Of a DNA stretch of 64,000 nucleotides, positions 18,995 through 27,254 are shown one piece after another. The stretch is taken from contig CALXPZ010000006.1 in NCBI GenBank assembly GCA_944390375.1, positions 1,587-65,586 on the forward strand, written 5' to 3'. The DNA is from an uncultured Alphaproteobacteria bacterium (lineage in GTDB: Bacteria > Pseudomonadota > Alphaproteobacteria > RF32 > CAG-239). Made by a program: the position numbers and the translations under genes. The notes beneath the pieces are model-generated. The model was not told where the DNA came from and ran no database searches. It saw only the letters and a list, made by a program, of their open reading frames with translations. Positions within the stretch are counted from its first letter, which is position 1, and each line of letters opens with the position of its first letter.

Positions 18995-19558
18995 TTAAGC
19001 TTTAGTCCGGATTTTGGAAACAAGTTTGTCTGTAATACAGTCATAAACATCCCCGATTGTGTTGAGTCTTTCGGCTTCATCATCTGGGATATATATTTTG
19101 AGCTCCTGCTCCAGCTCCAGAAGATAATCCATCTTTTCAAGACTGTCCAACTCCAAATCGTCCGTCAGCTTGATATTGCGCGTCGTTGCCTTCCAAAAAT
19201 CGATAATTGTCTAAAAACCAAACCTCAGTACTATCGTACTATCTTCAATTTCTTCCTTCTGCCCGTCGTTGTCAAAAGCCTCAAGGATACGGACTTTCAA
19301 TTCGTCCGAAAGAACCTTTTTCTTTTGTTTGTCAATAGAGATATACAAATCTTTTTCCAATTCTGAAAACATATCGCCAATTTCATGAACAAGAGCCGCT
19401 TCTAGTATCTCTCTTGGAGATTCGACAACCTCCCGACACAAATTTTCAAAGAACCAGCTTTGGGTTTCGTCCGCGACGCAGAGATTCAACTTACCGGATA
19501 AATTTTCAAACATGGCATCAACACGTTTTTGCACTGTCTTTCTTAATTGAGCTTCCAT
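18995..19558 (-). CDS. phosphopantetheine-binding (ACP-like) protein interrupted by an in-frame TAG at 19211-19213: either a pseudogene or a readthrough/reinitiation arrangement
   Basis: The 115-aa ORF 19214-19558 ends in RFGF-TAG. The same frame continues TIIDFWKATTRNIKLTDDLELDSLEKMDYLLELEQELKIYIPDDEAERLNTIGDVYDCITDKL, an ACP/PP-binding core with the Ser in DSL. There is no canonical start codon after the TAG. Confidence 0.45.
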
Positions 19559-19760
19559 GATATTTTAATTATAAAAAGTTAGTAATAAATTATTTAGACA
19601 CAAAAAATAGCACCTGCCTCAAAATCTGTCAAGGAAAACATACTTAACCGACCGGTTCCGCCTAATTTCTCATCTCTCCTCTGATTGCTATGTCCCCCCA
19701 AAGCAGTTAAAATTTAAGCCCCCGGTCGGGGGCTTGGTTTATCAAAGAAGTTTTTTTATC

Positions 19761-20708
19761 CTAAAACAAAGGCTTGCCGTTCAGCATTTTGATATTTTGC
19801 GCTTCCATAACCGTGGCAAAATTCAGCTTGCCGCTCTTGATGATATTGCGCACCTGGTCGGGCATGGTAACATCCGGGTTGGTAAACAATGTGCTGACCC
19901 TGAGTTTTTTTGGCACGCCGACCAAAACCTGATGAATGCATCCCAAAAGGCTGCCCGCCACCAGTTCATAGGCCATTTCTTCGCTGATACCGCCGGAACC
20001 CGCATATTTAACCAGAGCATTGACGGCATCCGGCACACTGTTGGCATGGATGGTAGAAAAAATCAGGTGTCCGGACATCGCCGCCTGCAAAGCCAGACAG
20101 GCCACATCCGGCGTCCGGATTTCGCCGAGCAGAATATAGCGCGGAGCCGAACGCAGGGCGGATTTTAATCCCTCTTCCCACATACCACCGGGAGCGGAAG
20201 TCTGCTTGCACAGACCGAAATCGCCGCTCGGACATTTGTAAATCCCGTCCAAAGGCATCTCTATCGGGTTTTCAATCGTAAAGGCATATCCGCCTTCCGT
20301 CATCAAAAACTCTTTCAAAAGCGCCGCCATGGTCGTACTTTTGCCGGAGCCGGTCGCGCCTGATACCAAAAGCAGCCCGGTAGCGCGTCCGAGCGAACAC
20401 AGGTGGTTAGCCACGATCGGCGGAAAACCGAGGCTCTTGAAGTCGGGCACCGTCCGCGGCATTTTGCGCACGCAGTACTGGATCCCGTAGAGGGAATTTG
20501 TTTTTTCCACGCGGTAGTTATAGCCCTTATAAATAATCAGGTAGCTGGGCTCGCCTTCATAGCCTTTTTCAACCGCTTTGAAAAATTCGTCATAATCATC
20601 GAAAATAACGGGTTTTAATCCGTAAGCCGTTTTTCCGCTCCAGATAAATGCTTCCTTTTGCGGGGTAATATAAACGTCTGAAAACTCTTCGTCATTAATT
20701 AATGTCAT
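19761..20708 (-). CDS. PilT/PilU-family secretion ATPase (orphan, N-terminally shortened)
   Basis: Walker A VSGATGSGKSTT, Asp box TIENPIE, Walker B RYILLGEIR, His box GHLIFSTIHAN. An N-terminal YRVEKTN...YCVRKMP segment resembles PilT FRVNAF...VFRTIP. No other pilus genes nearby. Confidence 0.7.
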   Translation of the reverse strand: MTLINDEEFSDVYITPQKEAFIWSGKTAYGLKPVIFDDYDEFFKAVEKGYEGEPSYLIIYKGYNYRVEKTNSLYGIQYCVRKMPRTVPDFKSLGFPPIVANHLCSLGRATGLLLVSGATGSGKSTTMAALLKEFLMTEGGYAFTIENPIEMPLDGIYKCPSGDFGLCKQTSAPGGMWEEGLKSALRSAPRYILLGEIRTPDVACLALQAAMSGHLIFSTIHANSVPDAVNALVKYAGSGGISEEMAYELVAGSLLGCIHQVLVGVPKKLRVSTLFTNPDVTMPDQVRNIIKSGKLNFATVMEAQNIKMLNGKPLF

Positions 20709-20864
20709 TGTGCCGGCTCATTAAAAAATTAAATTAAACTTCCGACGATGAATATAATATTTTTTAGAAAAAATTCTATTTAAATTTATGTTACAATAAT
20801 TATTGACAATATTTATAAATCAATTATACCTCCCCTGACAATCGCATAACATACAGAATAAACG

Positions 20865-22241
20865 GTGAAAACAATGCAGGATATGACATCTGGCAAACCT
20901 TTGAAGCTGATTATTAAGTTTTCGATTCCTCTTCTGGTCGGCAACATATTTCAACAGCTTTACAGCATTTCCGACATCATCATCGTCGGCCGCCTGATCG
21001 GCATCAAAGCCCTTGCCGCGGTAGGGGTCGCCGCGCCGCTGTTTTTTATGCTGGTTTTGGTCAGCATCGGTTTCACCAACGGCCTGACCGTCATCACGGC
21101 ACAGCGATTCGGTGCCCACGACAACCGCGGTTTGCGCAGATCGGTAACCACCGCCACCGTTCTCAGTTCGGCTTTCACCTTGACTGCCAGCGCCATTATG
21201 CTATTTTTTCTGGATTTTCTGTTTAAAATTATGAATGTGCCGGAAGAAATTTATCAGGATGCCAAAAACTTTATGACCATCATCTCCTGCGGCGTGATTA
21301 TGATTGTGTTTTTCAATCTGCTTTCGGGTTTTATGCGTGCTCTGGGCGACAGCAAAACCCCGCTTTATTTTCTGATTGTAACCACGATCTTAAACATCGC
21401 GTTCAACATCCTGTTCATTTACCACTTTCATCTCGGAGTTGCCGGTTCGGCACTCGGCACCGTTTGTGCCATGACCGTTTCAGTCATCTTCTGCCTGATC
21501 TACATCGGTAAAAAATGCCCGATTCTCCACCCCCGGAAAGAAGACTGGAAACTGAACTGGGAATTTTGCAAACAACATTTGAAGGTCGCCGTTCCGATGG
21601 CCATTCAGTTTTCCATCATCGCCGTCAGCTCCGCCATTACGCAAAGCGTCTGCAACTCTTTCGGACCGGATACGATCGCGGCGTTTACTTCCGCCATGAG
21701 GGTGGAACAGCTGGCCACCCAACCGATGGTAACTTTCGGCGTTGCCATGGCCACCTACGTTGCGCAAAATTTCGGCGCCGGCATGATCGGGCGTATCCGC
21801 CGCGGCGTGTTTGAATGCTCGATGATATCTCTTGTCTTAAGCATTGTCCTGGCCGCCGCCATGTACCGCTACGGAACCGACGTCATCACGATTTTCGTAT
21901 CCGACGACCACCACAACGTTATTGACATTGCGCGGACATATCTGCACATCAGCATTCTGTTCTATTTCTTCCTCGGGCAGATTTTCATTTTCAGGAACTC
22001 GCTGCAAGGTATGGGCAGAGCCGTCATCCCGATGGTTTCAAGCTTTATCGAATTGCTGCTTCGGGCTTTTGCCGCCGTATATCTGGCCGTCAAATTCGGC
22101 TATCTCGGCATTTGCTACGCCAGCCCCATCGCCTGGGTCGGAGGTTCTGCCGTCGTCAGCTTCGGCTATTTCTGGGTTATTCGCCGCATCGGCTGCCACT
22201 ATCTTTACAAACGGCAGAGAATTACCGCCCGCGGGAGATAA
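20865..22241 (+). CDS. MATE-family multidrug efflux transporter
   Basis: 12-TM protein of 458 aa with the MATE/NorM N-terminus (LIIKFSIPLLVGNIFQQLYSISDIIIVGRLIG). Confidence 0.85.
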   Translation: MKTMQDMTSGKPLKLIIKFSIPLLVGNIFQQLYSISDIIIVGRLIGIKALAAVGVAAPLFFMLVLVSIGFTNGLTVITAQRFGAHDNRGLRRSVTTATVLSSAFTLTASAIMLFFLDFLFKIMNVPEEIYQDAKNFMTIISCGVIMIVFFNLLSGFMRALGDSKTPLYFLIVTTILNIAFNILFIYHFHLGVAGSALGTVCAMTVSVIFCLIYIGKKCPILHPRKEDWKLNWEFCKQHLKVAVPMAIQFSIIAVSSAITQSVCNSFGPDTIAAFTSAMRVEQLATQPMVTFGVAMATYVAQNFGAGMIGRIRRGVFECSMISLVLSIVLAAAMYRYGTDVITIFVSDDHHNVIDIARTYLHISILFYFFLGQIFIFRNSLQGMGRAVIPMVSSFIELLLRAFAAVYLAVKFGYLGICYASPIAWVGGSAVVSFGYFWVIRRIGCHYLYKRQRITARGR

Positions 22242-23220
22242 ACAAGCCGACAATCATCAGCAACCCGCCGGCAGCAAGCAGAGAAAGACAGATAACCCAA
22301 AAACGGTCGTCCGTCAGAACATTGCTGAAAAGACGTTCGATATATTCGTTTTCGCTTTCCAGATTATCTTCCAGATAATGCGGCGTAACCCTGCCGATTC
22401 CGTCCGGCGTAATCTCCACCGTAACATAACCGTATTTCCTGACATCGGAACGTATCTTCTGCCCGGAAGACATCAGGGTAACAAAGGGAATTCCCCAAAC
22501 GGAGCCTTCAAAATACTGATGAATATGCCCTGCCAAAATCAGATTGACATTATGACGTTTCAGAATCTCTCCGAGTTTTTCAACCGACGGCCCGATAAAT
22601 ATCTTCTTCTTCCAAGACGGATTTGAAACCGGCGGCACATGGGTATAAACCACGCAATATTTAAAGTGAGGACGGATTTTTTCCAGAATATCCGCCAGCC
22701 ATTCCAACTGCGCCTCGTCATACTGCTCTGCCGAAGAATCCAAGGCAACAAACATAACATCACCGTAAGAAAACCAATAGTACAACGGACCGAAAATCAT
22801 TTTATACAAATATTTGTTATCATGTCCGAAACGGTTGGCAATCTCGTGGTTGCCGGGGATCATATAAAAAGGGAAATTCAGCTTTTCGTCAAGTTCGGAA
22901 ACAATCCAGCGAAAATGGCTGATATTCCGGTAACGAACCAAATCGCCGAGATAAAGTAAAAAGCGGTTTCCTCCTGCCTGGGCTTCTCTGACAATCTGCT
23001 CGATCGGTGCATTTTTCGCCCCCGTATCCGACGCAACCGCAAACGAAAAGCTCTCCGCTTCCGGTTCCATAACCTGCCCGGCCGGCGCTATATATTCATT
23101 TTCGGGAGGAAACGAAAAAATCTTTATCGTAAAAGCTCTGATTGCAAGCAAAACCAGCCCGCTGACAAAAAGGTACTTTCCGGCCGCCGCTATCCGCCGC
23201 CGCCACAATACATTGTTCAT
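22222..23220 (-). CDS. membrane-anchored calcineurin-like metallophosphoesterase
   Basis: N-terminal TM helix, then metallophosphatase motifs (FAVASDTG, GDLVRY, GNHE, GHIHQY). Confidence 0.75.
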   Translation of the reverse strand: MNNVLWRRRIAAAGKYLFVSGLVLLAIRAFTIKIFSFPPENEYIAPAGQVMEPEAESFSFAVASDTGAKNAPIEQIVREAQAGGNRFLLYLGDLVRYRNISHFRWIVSELDEKLNFPFYMIPGNHEIANRFGHDNKYLYKMIFGPLYYWFSYGDVMFVALDSSAEQYDEAQLEWLADILEKIRPHFKYCVVYTHVPPVSNPSWKKKIFIGPSVEKLGEILKRHNVNLILAGHIHQYFEGSVWGIPFVTLMSSGQKIRSDVRKYGYVTVEITPDGIGRVTPHYLEDNLESENEYIERLFSNVLTDDRFWVICLSLLAAGGLLMIVGLFISRGR

Positions 23221-23408
23221 CTACGTTCTCCGCCAAATTAAAGCACTTTTTCTGCAATAGAACCACGGCAATCTCTAATTTATTTAAAATATTTTTAAAT
23301 TGCAATACAAAAACTCTTGACTTAGAGCAAACTCTAAAATGTACAATTCATATATAAAAAATTCATATACAAAATTTTTTATAACAGAAAATATCAAGGA
23401 GTACCGCA

Positions 23409-23903
23409 ATGAAAGAAACTAAAACATTTTATTATCATTTCGACCCGGTCAACGGCTGGCTGATTTTAAATGCCGTCCTCCTCATCGTTATGATATATGC
23501 CAGCATCATGTGCCCCTGCCTGGCCTATTGGTGGCAGATGCAGGTTTTGTGGGCCGTCGTCATCTTCTCGATTTTGGCCTGGGGCTGGAAATATGTACTA
23601 AAACACCGCCTGGCAATTATCAGCGACAAAGAAATTGCCATCGACAGCTGCCGCCCGCTGGCGTGGAAAGATATTGAAAGAGCGGAAGAAAAAACCGTTC
23701 GCTGCGGTCTGAGAAAATATCGTATCATTTCTCTGACCCCCAAAAAAGACATCAAATACAAATATAATTTTCTGCAAAAGCACAACTGCGGCTTCGGAGC
23801 CTTCTCTATTCCGCTTTATAATATCGTCGACTTCAAAGACGCCGAAGAGATCAAGAAAATTATTGCCGAAAAAGTGCCTTATGCCGAAAACGACAAGCAA
23901 TAA
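23409..23903 (+). CDS. hypothetical membrane protein (164 aa)
   Basis: Two N-terminal TM helices. No family assigned. Confidence 0.4.
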   Translation: MKETKTFYYHFDPVNGWLILNAVLLIVMIYASIMCPCLAYWWQMQVLWAVVIFSILAWGWKYVLKHRLAIISDKEIAIDSCRPLAWKDIERAEEKTVRCGLRKYRIISLTPKKDIKYKYNFLQKHNCGFGAFSIPLYNIVDFKDAEEIKKIIAEKVPYAENDKQ

Positions 23904-24077
23904 TTTCAAAAGGAAAACTCCGGTTCCGACCGGAGTTTTCCCATTCCCTTGCAAAAGCGGGAAAAGTAATGATTGCTGCCGCACCGGCAATTTTAAATAG
24001 AGTTAACTCAAACACAAATTATTTCATTGACACCGGTTCTTTTTACGCATAATTTGCAAGATCAAAAGGAGAGAAAA

Positions 24078-24512
24078 ATGGGATACTCAATCGGACAAGT
24101 TGCCAAAAAAACAGGGCTCACCACCCACACGCTGCGCTACTACGAAAAAGAAGGGCTGCTGCCCTTTGTCAGGAAAAACAGCGCCGGGCTGAGAATTTAT
24201 TCCGAAAGCGACATCGGCTGGCTGGATATGATCGAATGCCTGAAAGGGGTCGGTATGCCGCTCAAAAGCATCAAACAATACATCGACTGGTACCGCGAGG
24301 GCGATTCTACCCTGCAGCAAAGGCTGGATATGTTCAAACAGCAAAAAGAAAATCTGGAAAAACAAATGGCTGTCTTAAGCAAACATATGGCAAAAATCAA
24401 CTATAAAATCAACCTTTATACGGAAGCCGTCAAATTGGGCAGCTTTGAGCAGGCGCTTGAAAACAAGGAACTGCAAAAAGAAAAAAAGAAACTGTCGCAC
24501 TTTGCCGCCTGA
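24078..24512 (+). CDS. MerR-family transcriptional regulator
   Basis: MGYSIGQVAKKTGLTTHTLRYYEKEGLL is the MerR HTH signature, followed by a coiled-coil dimerisation region. Confidence 0.8.
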   Translation: MGYSIGQVAKKTGLTTHTLRYYEKEGLLPFVRKNSAGLRIYSESDIGWLDMIECLKGVGMPLKSIKQYIDWYREGDSTLQQRLDMFKQQKENLEKQMAVLSKHMAKINYKINLYTEAVKLGSFEQALENKELQKEKKKLSHFAA

Positions 24513-24589
24513 ACGGCATAAATCCCGGCGCCGAGGATTAAACATACGACTTTTTATCTGCCGGAACTAACACTCTGTTAAATTTGCTT

Positions 24590-25236
24590 TTAAAAGGAAC
24601 CCCCACGTAAAACGTGGGGTTCTTCATATGCGGGTGTAACCCTAAAGGTACCGGCGAACGCCTTAAGGGCGCATTGCTGCCCGTAAACGGGTCAAAATCC
24701 ATAGTTAACTGACTTTGCTCCGCATCTTCTTTTAATTAGTTTCGGATATATTCCGTTATCTTTTGAGTATTCTTCCCCGTGGTATCTACATAATACCCTT
24801 TACACCAAAATTTCGATATCGAAATTTTGCATTTTCCCATCGTTCGTATATCGCGAGACTGCTTTTACCTTTGAGATATCCCATAATTGAACTTACGGAA
24901 TACTTTGGGGATATTTCCAACAACATATGAATATGATCCGGACATACCTCTGCTTCAATAATACCTACTCCTTTCCATCGACATAGTTCCCTAAGTATTG
25001 CTCCGATTTCCAGACAACGTCCTCCATAAAACGCTTTCCTGCAATATTTCGGTGCGAATACAACATGATATTTACAATTCCACGTCGTATGTGCTATACT
25101 ATGTGTGTTCATAAAAAACTCCTTTGCTTTTATTAAGACAGTTGCCAGACCGTCTCAATCATAATAGCAAAGGAGTTTTTATGCGCAAAGCTGTAAGCTC
25201 TTTGGAACCACGCGCTGAGCCGCGTGGTTTTCTGAT
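24590..25236 (-). mobile_element. IS200-like (IS200/IS605 family) insertion sequence, about 650 bp
   Basis: Bounded by subterminal hairpins: GAACCCCACG-TAAAA-CGTGGGGTTC at about 24597-24621, and AACCACGCG-CTGAGC-CGCGTGGTT at about 25206-25229. A 15-bp inverted repeat, AAAAACTCCTTTGCT-N37-AGCAAAGGAGTTTTT (25113-25180), sequesters the tnpA ribosome-binding site, as in Salmonella IS200. The Y1 transposase gene lies inside. Confidence 0.6.
24741..25112 (-). pseudogene. tnpA: IS200 Y1 (HUH) transposase tnpA, frameshifted by a 1-nt change in a T-run
   Basis: TWNCKYHVVFAPKYCRKAFYG...CPDHIHMLLEISPKYSVSSIMGYLKGKSS matches IS200 TnpA. Frame 0 ends FGVKGIM-TAG, while the +2 frame continues KFWCKGYYVDTTGKNTQKITEYIRN, which is the conserved C-terminus with the catalytic Tyr. 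T4 versus an expected T5 run near 24807-24810. Confidence 0.7.
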
Positions 25237-25237
25237 T

Positions 25238-25266
25238 ACAAAAAAAGCCTCCGCAAAGGGAGGCTT
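25238..25266 (-). terminator. rho-independent terminator downstream of tRNA-Thr
   Basis: Minus strand reads AAGCCTCCC-TTTGC-GGGAGGCTT followed by TTTTTTGT. Confidence 0.55.
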
Positions 25267-25272
25267 GGAAAC

Positions 25273-25348
25273 TGGTGCCGACAGAGAGACTCGAACTCCC
25301 GACCCACTGATTACAAATCAGTAGCTCTACCAACTGAGCTATGTCGGC
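25273..25348 (-). tRNA. tRNA-Thr (anticodon UGU), 76 nt with encoded CCA
   Basis: Folded by hand. Acceptor stem GCCGACA/TGTCGGC, D-arm GCTC-AGTTGGTA-GAGC, anticodon stem ACTGA/TCAGT with loop TTTGTAA, T-arm GGGAG-TTCGAGT-CTCTC, then ACCA. Confidence 0.85.
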
Positions 25349-25537
25349 AAACATACTTGTCATCTTATATACGCGGGATGTTTTAATGTCAACATAAATC
25401 TCTCATCGTGCAAAATCAATTTTTTTTATCACGAACAAAAATCCAATAAAGATATTTTAAAAAACTTTTTTTGTTGCATGTTGATACCGCATAAATATAA
25501 TAACATTCGTAAAATTGCTTTAATAACGAGGTTTGCC

Positions 25538-25804
25538 ATGTTTTCGAAAAAAATATACCTTATGACGCTGGCCGCATTGCTTACCGGCTGTTCTTATGAC
25601 AGCCAAGGAGAGCAGCGTTTTTTAAACAATGCCCACAACGTTGCCGAAAACTTTTTTAACATCGGACAAAATTCCGAAGACGCCCAAACGGCACACCGAG
25701 CGGCCGAGCGTATTTACAACGCCCGCCCGCTGGAAAAAGACACTACCCCGCAAGCAGACTCTTCGTCATCAAAACCGTCTGCACAATCAACAGATAACGA
25801 ATAA
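25538..25804 (+). CDS. small hypothetical lipoprotein (start at MFSKKIYLMTLAALLTGCS)
   Basis: Lipobox LLTGC followed by a low-complexity Ser/Ala-rich tail. Its 3' end overlaps the convergent YqaA-like gene. Confidence 0.35.
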   Translation: MFSKKIYLMTLAALLTGCSYDSQGEQRFLNNAHNVAENFFNIGQNSEDAQTAHRAAERIYNARPLEKDTTPQADSSSSKPSAQSTDNE

Positions 25805-26201
25805 ATTTTCCGGCCAACATAAACAGACCGACCCAAAAAACATCAGCCCGGAACAGTCCTGAAACAAAAGCGATGACATCGCCCGCCACCGGCAAAAAGC
25901 AGAAAAAAGCCGGCCACGCTCCTTTTCCCCGGATTGCGGAACGTATTTTTTCCAGTCGTTCGGGAGAAACCTTAAAATAGCGGACGAGCCAATCTGTTTT
26001 TCCCAGCCGCCCCAGTCCGTAAGTGCTCATGCCGCCCAGCCAGTTGCCGGCCGTTGCCGCAGCCAGACACCAACCTAAATCATAACCGCCGGCAACCATT
26101 GCCGTAAAAAACGGTTCGGAACCAAACGGCAAAATCGTTGCCGCTCCGAAGCTGACCACAAACAAAGCCCAATACCCGGGCACAAAAAACGCTGCTTCCA
26201 T
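25743..26201 (-). CDS. YqaA/DedA-family (SNARE-associated) membrane protein, start at MEAAFFV
   Basis: SFGAATILPFGSEPFFTAMVAGGYD...LPVAGDVIAFVSGLFR parallels E. coli YqaA (FLSATLLPGNSEVVLVAML...MPVVGDLLCLLAGWMR). About 152 aa. Confidence 0.7.
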   Translation of the reverse strand: MEAAFFVPGYWALFVVSFGAATILPFGSEPFFTAMVAGGYDLGWCLAAATAGNWLGGMSTYGLGRLGKTDWLVRYFKVSPERLEKIRSAIRGKGAWPAFFCFLPVAGDVIAFVSGLFRADVFWVGLFMLAGKFIRYLLIVQTVLMTKSLLAG

Positions 26202-26405
26202 TTTTTTCCTTTCCTGGCGCTGCCGATATCCGGCAATAACATTTTTTTCTTCCCCTGACAACCACAAACATTTCCCCGCTTTCTTTTTCCGACTTAAAAA
26301 AACATTCTTATTCCGCCTCTTTCCACGAATAAATGACGCACCACGTTTTCCGACACTATACTTAAGTTCTACATTAAGTTTAACCACAACATAAAAGGAT
26401 ATGTT

Positions 26406-27029
26406 ATGATATATGGATACATTCGGGTTAGTACCGACAAACAAACGACGGAAAACCAGCGTTTTGAAATCAAAAAATTTGCCGAAAAAAACGGCATTAT
26501 CATCAACCAATGGTTTGAAGAAACAATTTCCGGCGCTGCCGATTTCCGGCAAAGAAAGCTGGGAAAATTATTAAAAAGGCTGACCAAAAACGACATTTTG
26601 ATCGCCTCCGAAATTTCCCGTCTGGGACGCAATATGCTGCAGGTTATGACCATTCTGCACTACTGTCTTAACGCCGAAGCTCAAGTCTGGACAATCAAAG
26701 ACAACTATCGCCTGGGCAGCGACATACAGTCAAAAGTTCTGGCCTTTGCTTTCGGCTTATCCGCCGAAATCGAACGCAACCTGATCTCCCAACGGACCAA
26801 AGAAGCGCTCGGCCGTATCAAGTCCGAAGGCCGAAAGCTCGGTCGTCCGATCGGACGCTGCAACCGCAAGCTCAAACTAAGCGGACAGGAAGAACAAATC
26901 AGCATCATGCTGGAAAACAAAGTATCAAAGTCTCAGATTGCTCGGGAACTTAAAGTCGACCGGATGACATTGCTGCGTTTTATGAAAAATCAGAAAGGCA
27001 TTATGTCCCCGGATATAACCATGATGTAA
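26406..27029 (+). CDS. serine recombinase (resolvase/DNA-invertase family; Hin/Gin/Tn3-resolvase-like)
   Basis: Catalytic N-terminus MIYGYIRVSTDKQTTENQ with the Ser nucleophile, the conserved ISRLGRN and ERNLISQRTKEALGRIKSEGRKLGRP stretches, and a C-terminal HTH (SKSQIARELKVDRMTLLRF). 207 aa. Confidence 0.85.
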   Translation: MIYGYIRVSTDKQTTENQRFEIKKFAEKNGIIINQWFEETISGAADFRQRKLGKLLKRLTKNDILIASEISRLGRNMLQVMTILHYCLNAEAQVWTIKDNYRLGSDIQSKVLAFAFGLSAEIERNLISQRTKEALGRIKSEGRKLGRPIGRCNRKLKLSGQEEQISIMLENKVSKSQIARELKVDRMTLLRFMKNQKGIMSPDITMM

Positions 27030-27132
27030 AAATGCCGCGATATGTCCCTCGAACTTCTATCAAACCTCTCAAATTATCCGGTAAAGTGCTTTAACGCTTT
27101 GCTACCCGAAAAGTTCTGATACGGGCATTTTA

Positions 27133-27168
27133 CCGAAGCGCTGTCTGTCAGTGCTTCGGTTTTTATTT
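27133..27168 (+). terminator. rho-independent terminator after the recombinase gene
   Basis: CCGAAGC-N13-GCTTCGG followed by TTTTTATTT. Confidence 0.5.
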
Positions 27169-27254
27169 GTCTGAAATTGAAAAAATCATAAAAAATAACC
27201 GTCTTGTTTTCCCCTCCGGTTTATCCGCGGCTTTTTATTTTGAACGGCAGGAAA

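Noticed and set aside
25124-25324. 66-aa + strand ORF
   Set aside because: Overlaps the tRNA-Thr gene and the IS200 terminal hairpins. Not coding.
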